NCBI GenBank assembly: GCA_958009085.1
Contig: OY253677.1
Span: forward strand, 124,001 to 188,000
From: Protoeuglena noctilucae
Taxonomy: Eukaryota
Length of the DNA stretch: 64,000 nucleotides
Direction of reading: 5' to 3'
Under the pieces are notes generated by a model that was not told the DNA's origin, did no database searches, and saw nothing but the letters and a program-made list of their open reading frames with translations. The translations under genes were made by a program, and so were the position numbers. Positions 12,756 to 24,855 of this stretch are shown here, in pieces. The stretch's first letter is position 1. Each line of letters starts with the position of its first letter.

Positions 12756-13595
12756 CGGTCGTGGCGGGCGACGTCGTTGAAGAGCTCTTGCTCCCACTCC
12801 AAGCATTGCCCCATCTCAAGCCTCGCCACCGCGTCCTGCGCGAACCAGCGGCCAAGGCAACTCCGCATGACGGCCGCGACGGGGCATGCCCCGTGGCTGT
12901 GCATGGTACCGACACTCGCCTCGACCAGGGCCAGCGCCCCCAGGCTGGCCTTGAGGAAGACGAGCCCCGTGCTGAGGCAGGGGCCGAAACGGCAGTAGGC
13001 TGTCGCCGTCCATGCGGGCGTCGGACAGCCCAGCCACGTCCCACATGTCCTGCGATCGAGGTGAGGCAGCGGGGCCTGGCCCTGCTCGCTCCCTGGTCCA
13101 GCACGGCGTTCCAGCACCGCAGTCCGGCACCAGTTCAGCGCTCGCCTGCCAGAGCCCGTAGTCGTCGGCCACCAGGTTGCGGAACAGGGCCACGTCTGGG
13201 TCCATGAGGACGACGTCAAAGCCCTCCCGCATCAGCCGCCAGGCCCAGAACCACTTGACGGGGCGGGAGAGCACCGTGTTGAGGTTGGCGCCCAGGACGC
13301 AGTGGCGGTCGACGGCGCCCGTCACTCCGGCTGCGAAGGTGTTCCCCCACGATGCCGCGTCGTGCCACCAGCAGGGCGCCACGCCCTCCAGCCGCCGGCA
13401 GTCGTCCTCTGACTCGAACACGAACACGGCTCGCGTCAGCATGCCCGTGCGTGCCAGCCTCAGAAGGGCGTTGCCGAGGAAGTTGAGCGGGGACGTGCCC
13501 GTAAGGAGCACCACGCGCTGCCCGGACAGGTCCAGGCCCCCTCGCGCCAGCTGCGCGGCCACTGGGGCGCCCGTGTCAAGCAAGGCCCTGTGCGA
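12756..13595 (-). pseudogene. Mirror copy of the GT77-like pseudogene, lacking the 5' segment of the left copy
   Basis: ORF 12816..13583 encodes the same protein as 1894..2661. Sequence beyond 13595 differs from that upstream of 1882. Confidence 0.65.
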
Positions 13596-14650
13596 TACTC
13601 AGGCAGTCGTGTCCGTGTCCGGCATGATGTCCCCCGTAAGGCCCTTGAGCTGCCAAAGCAGCACTGGCCTGGGGCGGGAAGCACGAGCTTCCCGAGCGCG
13701 GCCACGCTTGATCCGGCCTCCCGTGTCCTCTGGGTCTGCATCACGAGCGGACGGTGTGAGCCCGGCCTGCATTCGCCGCTTTTCATGTGCAGGCCACGAG
13801 GGAACGCAAGAAGGGGACACCCAAACAGGCCGCCTCGTTCCCCGTGCGCCTCTTGCTGTGATCAAGACCTCGCTGACTGTCAAAATCAATGCTCTCTCGC
13901 ATCAAGCAGTGGCACTCACGCGCTTGTGCCGCACCACCCCCAGTCAGACAAGTTTTTTGTGATCGTCGGCGTCGGCTGCAAGCTTCAGTGCACTGTTTGG
14001 GTCGACGCCGTTGCACGCCGATCGTCTGGGTTTTCATCTGACTCGCAGTCGGTGAGCTCGAGAATCCTTGAAGGCTTCCGGGTGAGCGGCGCCTCTCTGG
14101 GCAGTTTTTCGGGGACTCTTGTCTGGCATCACGTCTTGGTGGGTCCGCGTCGCCTCCCGGCGCTCCTCGGGCTCGCGGCACCCTCGGGTAGGCCCGTTGG
14201 GGCTCCACGCGGCGTCCGGGCGCCGTTTTCCGGTCGTAGTGAGCATGTCATGGCAGTTGCAACCGCGGCGGGGGCCCCGTCGGGATGCCCTCATGAAGCC
14301 CGGGCCCTCCCCGGGGTGGAGGCCCTCAGGGCCTGCACCCTCCGCCCTCGCGCTCCCTTTGCGGCCCGCAAGCTGATCATCGCGCAGATGTCTTGTCACT
14401 CGGCAGCCTCGAGGCCTCGGGGGGCCACTGCATGCCCCAGCGGGGGGGCACGGGCCTCCACAACAACCTCGTGACGACGCGGCCGTCCTGGGCCCCCCGG
14501 GCCCGCTCGTCGACGTCCTGGATGCCTCCATGTCGTCATCGGTGCTTTAATGTATGCGCTGGCACCGCATTCGCCCCGCCGTCGACCCGCAGGGCAGCCT
14601 GGCCCGCGCACACGCCGGCCTGCCCATCGCAGCCTGGAGCGGCCTCCGGC

Positions 14651-17280
14651 ATGGAGAGGAACCACGCCGAGGCGAGAGCTGCTGAGTCGGGCTGGCCAGG
14701 CCTGTGCCACGTGCGGCACGCCACCCCTGCAGCCCCCCGTTTCCTTCGCAGGGCGGCGAGGCGCCCGGTTACGGCCACGGACACGGACACCACCCTCCCG
14801 TCGGCGCTCCCCCGGCCGGCTCTGAGGCGGCGGCGGAGGACGCGCGGGAGGGGGAGGTGGCGGAGGGGCTCGCGGCCATGCACCAGATGGGGCCGGGCCC
14901 CGGCGCGGGCCTGCCCCCCATGTTTGGGGTGGGCACCCAGGGGATGCTGATGCCTGGGATGCTGCCGCCGGGGATGCTGGGCCTGCCCATGGTGGGGCCG
15001 GGGCTGGGGGCCCTCGGGTCGGCTCCCATGGCCATGCCTGGGGCCGCGCCTGGCGTGGGGGGCATGGGGGGCATGGGGGGTGGGGCTGCCCCACCCCTGA
15101 ACCCGTCGATGCTGCCGTCCAACTTTCACGTGGACGTCAACATGCTCATCGCGCTGCAGGCGGGCATGGGCAAGGGCGAGGGGGACCACTACAAGGCGAG
15201 GGGGCCGGTGCTTTCGGTGGGGACAGAGAGTGGCTGGCCGCAAAGCTAACATGCAATGAACGAGACTCCTCCGCTCCTACATCTCCCCGCAGCCCTTCAC
15301 GAGGGACGTGTACAACGAGATGCCCTTCCCTGAGCTGCGCGCGCACTTTGCCCGCAAGTTCGGCCAAGCTCCCCGCTCCAACAACCGCGTGTGGATCATC
15401 AACAAGCTGACGGGCACCACCCCTGCCAAGGCAAGGGGAGGGGAGGGGGCGTGAGGGCGTGAGGGGCGGGCGCCTGCTGAGCTGAGGCGGAGTGGCCGGC
15501 CTTGCATCGCAGATGCGCCGGCAGATGGAGCAGTCGGGGATGCCGGGGTACGGGGGCGGGCAGGGGATGGACGACTGGGACGACGGGGATGAGGGGGACG
15601 GGGACGAGGGGACAAGCGGTGAGGGGATAGTGGGAGTGGTTGCACTGCAGGGGCCAGAACTGTGTGCATGGCATAAGCGGAGGTGTTCCTCTGAGTCAAC
15701 TCACCTAGGCACTCCCCTTCGCTTGCAAATGCAGGTGCCGCGAGTGTCCCACGCGACCCCGCCCCCCACTCGGCCCCCGCCCCATTGCCGATGCTGGCGG
15801 GCATGGGGTCGGCCCCCGCCCCCGCCCCCCCCGGCGGTGCCCTGGGCGTCATGTCCCTCCTGGCGGACCCCTCCTCGCTGTCGCAGGACCAGCTCCGCCT
15901 GCAGCTGGAGGTGCTGCTGCAGCAGGGGGTCATCAGCCAGGACCAGCTGCAGCAGGTGAGGGTGGGGGGTGCCAGTGGGGTACAGCGCGGGTGCTGACAG
16001 CCTCCCTTTCATCGCTCTCGCTGACTGCCTGTTCCGTCGACTGCCCCCCAGTCGGGCGTGCTCCGCCGCCGCAAGCGCAACAACATGTGGACGCCCGAGG
16101 AGACGGCAGCTCTGGTGGATGGGGTGGCGCGGCACGGGGTGTCGAAGTGGGCGGAGATCAAGAGGGAGAACCACCCGGAGCTGCGCCACCGCACCGCCGT
16201 GGATCTGAAGGACCGCTGGCGCAACCTGGTCCGCATGGTGCGGACGGGGCGGCACCGGGGGGAGCGCGACCGGGCGCTCACCCCGGAGCTCCTCACGCAG
16301 GTCCGGCAGGTGCTGGCGGCGGAGGGGGCCGCCAAGGGGGACGTCATAGGCATGGGCATGGCAGTGGGAATGGGCATGGGCATGGGCATGGGCATAAGCC
16401 AGGGGAGGTGAGGGGCCACGACTGCAGGGCCTCAGGGTTGCTGAGATGTCACGAAGTCATGCCCCTCACCGCACCCCTTCTCCCTCCCCCAGGCTCCCCG
16501 ACAACTTCAGCGCCGGCCTCCTCCTCGGCAACGCGGTCCCCTTCCCCATCGCGCCCCCCGGCGTGCCAGGCATCACCCCCTCGCCCTTCCACCTCCCCAT
16601 GGGGCCGCACTCCATGCCCCTCTCCATGCCCATGGCCATGCCCCTGGCCATGCACGCGGACCCGGCGGGGGGCAACGCGGCCAACCCCAGCGGACCCGGC
16701 AGCGAGGCAGGCGAGGAGACGCGCGCAGACGCAGATGGGTGATGCTGATTTCTGTCAACTTGACAATGGCGCATGTCGCTTGTTTCATCCATGGCTTCCC
16801 TCAACATCCCTGCCGCGCCCCCCCCGCAGCGTCGCTGGCCCCTGGGTCCGTGCCCCAGCTGCCCCTGGGCGCCCTCTCCATGCCCATGCCCATGCCCGTG
16901 CCATCCTTGCCCCTCCCGCCCCTGGCCGTCGGAGTGACTCCCATGGCGCCGCCCTTCCCGGCCATGGCTCAGGCGAGTGCGGCACAGACACATGGCAGCC
17001 ATTGACGCGGCAGATGCACGCGCCAGAGCCTCGCTCGTATGCATCGCTGCCTCCCCGTCAATCACCGCAGGTCCCCTCCGCCCTCCCCGCCTCGACTACG
17101 GCCGCGTCCGCCCCCGCCGCCCCCGCTTCAGGGGTGGGCGTGGATGGGGCATGGCAGGGGGTTGGGATGCAGCTCCCGGTGGGGATGGGGCAGTCGGGAG
17201 AGTCCGAGCCGCCTGCTGGGCGGGCGGAGGGTGGGAACGGGGAGGAGGGGGCAGAGGGAGAGGTGAAGAACGAGGGCTGA
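14651..17280 (+). CDS. TRF-like (telobox) single-Myb protein, ~9 exons; start codon uncertain
   Basis: Telobox Myb 'WTPEETAALVDGVARHGVSKWAEIK...RTAVDLKDRWRNLVR' (16070-16240). Upstream motif 'ELRAHFARKFGQAPRSNNRVWIINKL' resembles the plant TRFL N-terminal motif. The frame is maintained through 8 short introns (GC donors at 14672, 15196, 15431, 16711, 16973). TGA ends at 17280. Confidence 0.8.
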
Positions 17281-18125
17281 TGGGGTAGGTGATTGGATGA
17301 CAGGCGAGATTGGTGGCCGTCACTAGCCGCACACATGCTATGGTATTGCGCTTGCGCTGAAGGGCGTTGCATACGCGGCATTCAAGGGAGCTGCAGAGCG
17401 CTGCAACGCCACGGGTGGGGGCGGCGGTGCCCTGGCTGCGACGGCAGAGTCGCACCCAGGGAGGGCAACCCCCTGGCCGCCATCCCCGCACCGGTGGGTG
17501 CCGACGGGCGAGTCTACTCTGAAATGGAAAGGGGTAGACGGGCTGGCGAGCTTTTGGCTTAGGTGCAGGAAACACGCGCAGCATGACCATGGGGCTTGCT
17601 GCATGAGAATCACCAGATCGCATGGCGGGGAGCCAAAGCGACGCAGGCTCCTCGCGCCATGCGACCCGGGCAGGGATCGGAAGCCACCCACCACGTCGTC
17701 AAGGAGGGGGTGGGGGGATCAAGGGTCATGGGAAGGGGGGAAGGATCGAGGGAGTTGGGGAATCACGCGGGAAAAGAAAATCTATGAGTTGGAAACCACA
17801 GGTATTATGGGATTGGGGACCGAGTGACAGGGTTGGGGAAGCACAGCGGGACAGGGAGGGAAAAATACCCCCCTCCATCACTGAAAGCCGCCGTGCTCCT
17901 TGTACGGCGCTTGATGCTATGAACAGGAGCTGAGAGCGACAAACGTTCGGCAGGTACTGGGTCGAACGCCAATGCTTATACTTGCGGTATGCTTGCCCTG
18001 GGGCTGTCCTGCTGACGCCCTGAGCTCCACAGGGAACAGGACCAGCGAAGACCGCGCGGCATACCAGACCGGGCTCGTGCCAGGCCGTGCTGCGATGGGA
18101 TGCGAGGGCCCCGTTGCGGCCGCGG

Positions 18126-20189
18126 CTAGGCCGCGAGCGTTTTGGGCCTGCCCGTCGGTTGGTGGAAGTGCCTGAGGATGTAGTCTTTGCCGCTGATGGA
18201 CAGCGCCTTCCCGGGCCACTGCCGGCCCGAGTGCAGCGCCAGGATCTCCAAGACCGGACCGGGGACGTACCCTGAGGCAGCATGGGTGAGGAAGCGGCTC
18301 GGTCGTCACGTCGTGTCTCGCTGGCGTTCGAGGGAGCAAGTGCAGCACTGGCGCCCCTCATCGTTGGATGTCCCGCGTCTGAAGAAGGACGAGAAAACGT
18401 CACCACACGCCTTGCTGTCGGTCCTCAAGCGTTTCACCATTCCAAGGCCCAGCGCCACGAGCGTGGCGGAGTCCAGGGGCCTGGCCATCCACAGCACGAC
18501 GGCCTGCGAGGAGGGAGAGCGAGCAGCGGCTGGTGTGCGTCGCGGCAGGTGTGAGGTCAGCAACAGGCGTGGCCAAGCAAACAAAGAGTCTTTCAGTGTG
18601 GCACGCCACACTCGCCTTGACGACCACATCCGTCGGGAGCTGCACGTGGAGGCCCAGGAACCTCAGCTCCTCGGGTAGCACTATGTCGTTGAGATCCGGG
18701 ATGTGCTCGACGCGGATGCCATTCACCGTCAGGCGCGCCCCCGCGAGGAGGAAGCTGAGCGTGCCGCGGGTCACTCTTATGGAAACCCTGAAGCTGCTCG
18801 CGTCCGCCAGCAGGTGGGCAATGTAGGACTCCTGAGGTATCACCCGCGGGGCCAGCCATGCCGCCTGGACATGGGGCGGGACCACGGGGAGGTCGGGCAG
18901 AGGTGCCTGGGCTGGGGTCGGGTCAGGGGAGGGTGCCCCGTGGGCGACGTGCGCCGGGGGGTCGGACGGGGCGCGGTAGGGCGGAGGCACGAGCGCCTCG
19001 GGGGGCAGGGCGACGGGGGGGAAGAGGGGGGACGGCTGCATGGTGGCGGGGACGAAGTCGTTGGTCCGGACGCAGCGTCGGACGGCAGGAGGGCCTGCGT
19101 AGAGGGGATGCACCTTGACGCAATTCATGTCATGGGATCGGCACCACGACATGTCTGCGGCCATGCCTTACAGACCGGCCCCTGCGTGCCCACCTGCCCA
19201 GTAGGCCTCAGGTGCCAAGGCGGCACCATGTCCGGCCGCACTCGTGTCACTCGCCTCGGCCAGGGGCCGCTTGGTCCCCCGGGGCGACGGGGCTTGCTCG
19301 TGGGCCGAGGAGGGGGGCACGGGGCGGGGGAGCACGCCCTGCTCGGGGGGCCAGAATGGCTCCGTCGCCCCAGAATGATTCCTTGCATGCGCCGGCGACG
19401 GGGCGTTCTCCGCGTCGCAGGCGGCGTTGGCCATCGCCCAGAGAGGGGAAGGGACAGGATCCACCATGCCCGCCCCGGCGCTGCCCGCCGCGAAAGGATC
19501 TGCGCGATCATGCGTCGCGTGGAGAGGAGCGGTGTTTGTCGCCGCCCACGGCGCCGCGCCCGCCCACACAAATGACCCGTTGAGCACGGTAGCGGAGGCG
19601 TGGTGCGGGGGAGGCCCTGCCCCGCTGGGGCCGAAGAACGGCGGAACAGCAACCCGTGGCGTCGTATATGGATGAGGCGGGATCGGTCGCGGATAAAGCG
19701 GCCTCGGCGCTCGGGCCCAGACCACGTGGGTACCCAGCCGTCCAATTCGTCCGCGTCGTGCCGCGCCGCGTGGAGGGGCACCGGCCCGTGCGAGGGCTGC
19801 CAGTCCGTATACAGGTTCATCGCGGGCGCGGGCATCATCTGTGGCACCTGAGAGCGTGAGCGTGAGGAGGGGTTAACAAAAACACATTTTGCCGGCGGCA
19901 GAGCGCCCCCAAAGCCGATTCGCACGCATATTTGCTGCAAAATATGGGGTTCGCGTGTTCGCAACCTCGCGTGGGTGGAGGAGCATGCGCGGGTCGCCTG
20001 TGGGAAAAATCCCTGGCCGACATGGGCCGCAAAACCCCCTGGCGGCGAGAAAGGCAGCATATTTGCTGATCCGTGCGGTCTCCATGCGCCGGGGTCGATG
20101 GTGTCGGGCATGCGGGCGTGGCCCAGCGCCGCCGAAACCATTGGTAGCTGTGCGTACCCAGGGACATGAAAACAAGAAGCTTGATTCAT
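18126..20189 (-). CDS. Hypothetical spliced protein with Pro-rich N-terminal half and globular-looking C-terminus; boundaries uncertain
   Basis: ORFs 19168..19725 and 18400..19164 can be joined by a GT-AG intron. The C-terminal part 'ESYIAHLLADASSFRVSIRVTRG...LPTDVVVK|AVVLWMARPLD' has coding-like codon use and a GC-AG intron. No recognisable family. Confidence 0.45.
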
Positions 20190-20523
20190 CGATGCGGTGG
20201 TGGCCCTGCCGTGCGGGCCCAAGAAAGCGCGGAGGCGGCTTTGATGAGCCAGCCCCCGGCCAACCACCGTTTCAGCGGACGCACAACGCAATGGCGCCGC
20301 AATACCGACGCAAAGCGAACTCGTTACCACGATTATAGCCGTTTCTGGTGTTTGCGGCAGTCTGACCCGTGCAAAGACCCCCCTGGCTCGACAAAATGTC
20401 CTCCTTCCGGCCGATTTGGGACACTAATGTCTTACTGAATATGCCCAAATGCGTCAGAAAGGGCGTGGCGACCCCCGAGTTCAAAAAGAGGGCCACCAGA
20501 TGCTACGGCATGTATCGCCGCGC

Positions 20524-23500
20524 TCACTTCTTCCCCTTGCCCTTGCCCTTCTTCCCGTCGTCCTCCTTCTTCTGCCTGGCCGGCAGCTCGGCCGTCCACT
20601 GGTGGAACTGCGCCACCACGGCCGCGTCCACCGGCGGCACGCGCGTCATCCACGTCAGCACCTCCGCCAGGTCAATCTCGACGCCTGCGCCGGAGGAGCA
20701 GCTTGGGGCGCGTCAGCAGTCCCGACAGCAGGCACGCCCACTGCAAGACACGCGCCCCACGTGCCCCACTCTCTACGCACCCTCGTGGAGTCGCTCGATG
20801 CGCCGGGGCGTCGCGACCATCTGCACGATGCGGTCCATGTCCCCGCTGCTGTACCCCTCCGTGACCTTGGCCAGCGCGGGGAGGTCGAACTTGCGCGAGA
20901 GGGGCGCCCCGTGCTTGTCGAACTGCGAGCGACGCACAGCGTGGGTGGCTCGGGCGTCAGCCACCCCCCCTCACGCCACACATCTCGTCGCGTGCCCCCC
21001 ACCAGTTGCTTCCACAGCAGCACGCGCGATGCGTACGAAGGGAGGGGGCAGTAGAGGTGCTTCTGGAAGAACCCCACGAACGCCTTGCGGTCCTTCTTGG
21101 CGGCGTCAAAGGGGGCGTGGGAGAGGCCTAGGATGAGGACCTGGTCCCCGGGGGCGTTGAACTTGTACTCCTTGGCCAGGTCCTTCTTGATGCGGTTGGC
21201 GGGCTCGTCCAGGCGCAGCTCCTCGCTCCACGCCTTCTGGCGCTTGCGGTCCGCCACCATGACCTGGCGGGCAAGAGCGAGGGAGCGCGTCGGAGCAGGG
21301 CGATAGAGCCCAGTGGTGACAGGGAGGGGACCGAGAGCAGAGGCGTCTCAGCCTGCCACCCCAGCCGCAGCGCGTCCCCCTCGCCTTCTCGAAGTGGTCG
21401 ACGAGGATGACGGACGGCGCGTAGAGCCTCGCCACCTTGAACACCATGTGCACCATCTTGGCCGTCTCGCCCTTGCCCCGGTACCGCCCGTTCGTGGTGG
21501 TGGGCGACAGGTCCAGCAGCATGGCGCCCGCGGCCCCCGCCACGGCGCGCGCCAGCATCGTCTTGCCGCACCGCCTGGGCCCGTAGAGCAGCACGGCCTT
21601 GGCGTAGGGGGCGCGCTCGTGCACCTCCCGGATCCCCAGGGGGAGCACGCAGTACTCGGTCACCAGCTGGCGCACCTGGGGGGAGGGGAGAAGGGATAGG
21701 GAGGGTGACTGCAGGCGCAGAGCCCATCGCTGCGCTTTCCCTGCCACACGCCACGCACCGCAGCCCCTCTGCCCAGGCTTTGCCCGCGCCCCTCGCCTGG
21801 GCCATGCTGGGCTCCCTGAGGTCCCCCACCGCGGCCATCTCCCCCCCCACGGGGTTGTGCGACCCCAGGTAGTCATCCAGCGCTGCGGGCGGGTGCGGCC
21901 GGATGATGCCGTGGTTGACCAGCTCCGTGAAGAGCTGGATGGGGTCGCGGTCCCCCGTCAGGTCCTTGTACTTCTTGCCCTTCTTGCCGCCCTTCTTGCC
22001 GCCCTTCTTCTTCTGCGAGCGCCACGGCAGGTCAAGCTCAGGTCATGCTCAAGACCTTCTGTAGTCCATCTCCTCCTTATCTCCCCCACCCTCTCATCTA
22101 TATCAACATATTACATTCCCCCCCCACCTTTACTCCCCCCTCTCATCTATACCCCACATATCCCACTCCCCCCCTCTCATCTATATCCCACATATCCCAC
22201 TCCCCCCCTCTCATCTATACCCCACATATCCCACTCCCCCCCTCTCATCTATACCCCACATATCCCACTCCCCCCCTCTCATCTATACCCCACATATCCC
22301 ACTCCCCCCCTCTCATCTATACCCCACATATCCCATCCCCCCCACCTTCACTCCCGCCTCTCATCTATACCCCACATATCCCACTCCCCCCCTCTCATCT
22401 ATACCCCACATATCCCATCCCCCCCACCTTCACTCCCGCCTCTCATCTATACCCCACCTATCCCACTCCCCCCCTCTCATCTATACCCCACCTATCCCAC
22501 TCCCCCCCTCTCATCTATACCCCACCTATCCCATCACCCCCCCACCTTCACTCCCCCCTCTCATCTCCATACCCTCCCCCCTCGCCTTCTTCTTCTTTTC
22601 CTGTTACCCCAATTTCATCTCCATCCCCCCCCCCCACCCCCCTCGCCTTCACCTTCATCTGCTACCCCACTCTCTCCATGCCATCCACCCCATCCCCCCT
22701 CATCCCATCCCCCCTCGCCTTCTTCTTGTTCTTCTTCTTCTTATACTTGCCCCCCCTCTGCGCCGCCCTCTCCGCCTCCACCATGTCCACCAGGTTCTCC
22801 AGCAGCACACGCATCTCCTCGTCCACCTGCACGCGCACCTCCTCGAACACCAGCGGGCGCACCTCCTCCTTCACCAGCTCGGGGTCGTACTTCTGCCAGA
22901 AGTTGCCGCTCTCGTCCTTGTCCTGCCAACGCTGCGCGGAGGGGGGGGCGAGGGCGCACATCACGTCGCAATCCACAGCAGAGGGCCTGCTCCACTGCAA
23001 TGACTCTCCTCCACTCACCTCCACGTACTCCTTGACCGACTTCTCGATCTCCGGCACGAACTGGCTCAGCATCTCGACCTGCTTCCCGGCCTCCTCCTTC
23101 CCCCCCTTGCCCTTCCCCTTGCCCCCCTTCCCCTTGGCCCCCTTCTTGTCCTCGCCCCCCGTGTCCTCCAGGGGAGCGGGGGGAGGGTTCAAAATCACCT
23201 TGCTGCCGCCGTCTGCAAGGCACGAGGCAAGAGGGTCCATGCACCGCCACACGGCCCCCCCTTCGGCACCCCGCACGTGCCATTGTCGTCGCCCCTCGCG
23301 CATCGCATCACCCATCCCGTCCCCTCACCCTCCTCGTCCGGGAACTCCGGGTAGGTGCCGTCCGGCTTGCGGCTGTCCACGAACCAGGCGTTGATGGCGT
23401 CCTGCACCGTCTCCCGCATGTCCTGCCCCTCCATCTCCATCACGCGACGCCGCAGCACCACCAGCGCCTCCTCGTACTCCTCCAGGTTGTCCCGCTGCGT

Positions 23501-24855
23501 CACCTTGCGCCGCGTCACGTTCTGGCGCTCCGCCTCCAGCCGCTCGGGGGCCAGGGGGTCGGGGGGGGCGGGGACCATGCCCAGGAAGTCCATCTCGTCA
23601 TCTAAGGGGGGGGAGGACAGCAAGTGGAGATAGGCCCCAAAGAAAACGCATGCGCATGCGCACCCTCGTCATCCCGGCCCCGCCCCCCTCACCCCGCATG
23701 CGCCCCACCAGGCGCCGGGCCAGGAACGTCCGCACGGCGCTCTGCAACAGGGTGGCGGCCTCCCCCTTGTTGGGCACCACGCCGCGGCGCTCGCGGTCCT
23801 CCTCCAGCCTCTGGAATCGAGAGGGGAGGGTGACGGGGCGGGTCAGGTGGGAGCGCGTGCGCATGCCGGCAGTGACAACAGTCACACACACGGGCCATGG
23901 AACCACTGGCCGCCCTGTATGGGCCACCCCGCACCTTCAAGAGCATCTCCACGCGCATGGCCTTGTACCGCTCCCGCCCCTGCCTGCCCCGCTCGTTGCA
24001 CTTGATGATCCGCAGCGCCTCCATCGTGTCTGCGCCTCCGGGGACAGGCCAAGTCCCTCTCAGCCACGCGCAGGCAGCGGCAATCGGGCAGCCGCACGCA
24101 GCCGTGCACGCGCGTCACCGAGGGCGGCCAGCGCCGGGACGCGGTTGGGCGCCTCGGCCCTCACGGCCAGGCCCATGTGCTCGGCCGCCACCTCCATGAG
24201 CTTGCGGCCGTCCGCGGCCTTCTGCCCCTGCTCCTCCGCGAACAGCCGGGGCACGGGGACCTCCAGGTGCTCCGGGCGAAGCTTCAGGTCCACGAGCGCG
24301 CCGTTCAGCGTCACCTGGGAGGCACGGGTGGCAGGGACCGGGTCGCGTGCACCCTATGCAATGGGAAGCACCTGTCGAACATCCCTCGCCTCCCTCCCCG
24401 CTCGCCTCGTCCACGCCTCCGTTCAGATGCACGATCCACGCGCGGACCTCGAGGAGCCGCCCCATGACCGCGGCCAGGGCCTTGCGCAGGTCGGCGCGCT
24501 TCTGCGGGTGCACCATGAGGTCGTAGGCCTCCTCCAGGCGCCGGAAGATCTGCAGGTAGCGCACTGCGGGTAAGAGACGGAGAGCAGGCGTGAAAGGGAC
24601 GCCGCGTCACATCCTCAGCGGGTCCCACGGACCGCGTCGCACCGTACACGGCCGACCAGTCCTCGAGGGTCGAAGGGGCCATCTCGGGATCATCGGGGAC
24701 CTCCGCCTCGAGAAGTTCGAGCAAATCCATCATGGCCTCGCGCTGCGGGGGCGCGGGGCGATGCGCGACTGTTGCGGAGACGGCAGACATGTCGGGGGGG
24801 CCGCGCGGCGGGTGCTCGCGGCCCGCCGGGCCTCGACACGAGATCGTGATGACAT
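20524..24855 (-). CDS. DRC11: IQ and AAA+ domain protein, dynein regulatory complex subunit 11 (IQCA1-like), ~14 exons; start approximate
   Basis: Motifs 'VRYLQIFRRLEEAYDLMVHPQKR', 'LVDLKL..LEVPVPR', 'NERGRQG', IQ motif LQSAVRTFLARR, Lys-rich linker, 'KDLTGDR', Walker A 'LLYGPRRCGKTMLA' and 'TEGYSSGD'. Exons join in frame. TGA at 20524-20526. Confidence 0.92.
22091..22566. repeat. Intronic C-rich minisatellite, 34-bp unit plus a ~53-bp variant, about a dozen copies
   Basis: Unit CTCTCATCTATACCCCACATATCCCACTCCCCCC repeated in tandem within DRC11 intron 22013-22718. Confidence 0.93.

Larger units (their letters stand above)
7893..13595. repeat. Right arm of 5.7-kb inverted duplication
   Basis: Reverse complement of 1882-7586, beginning at the first base after the gap. 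Confidence 0.97.

Noticed and set aside
1882..13595. Giant TIR transposon or foldback element
   Set aside because: The arms consist of unrelated decayed gene and TE pieces, no target-site duplication is evident at 1882/13595, and the centre is an assembly gap.
19165..19170. Stop read-through between in-frame ORFs 19168..19725 and 18400..19164
   Set aside because: The TAA lies within a plausible GT-AG intron (GCAG|GTGGGC...CTACGCAG|GC) that keeps the frame.
22091..22566. CRISPR-like array
   Set aside because: Units are contiguous with no unique spacers, no cas genes are present, and the context is a eukaryotic intron.
22045..23394. Extensin-like Pro/His/Tyr-rich ORFs on the plus strand
   Set aside because: Translations of the intronic minisatellite, antisense to DRC11 exons. 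No signal peptide.
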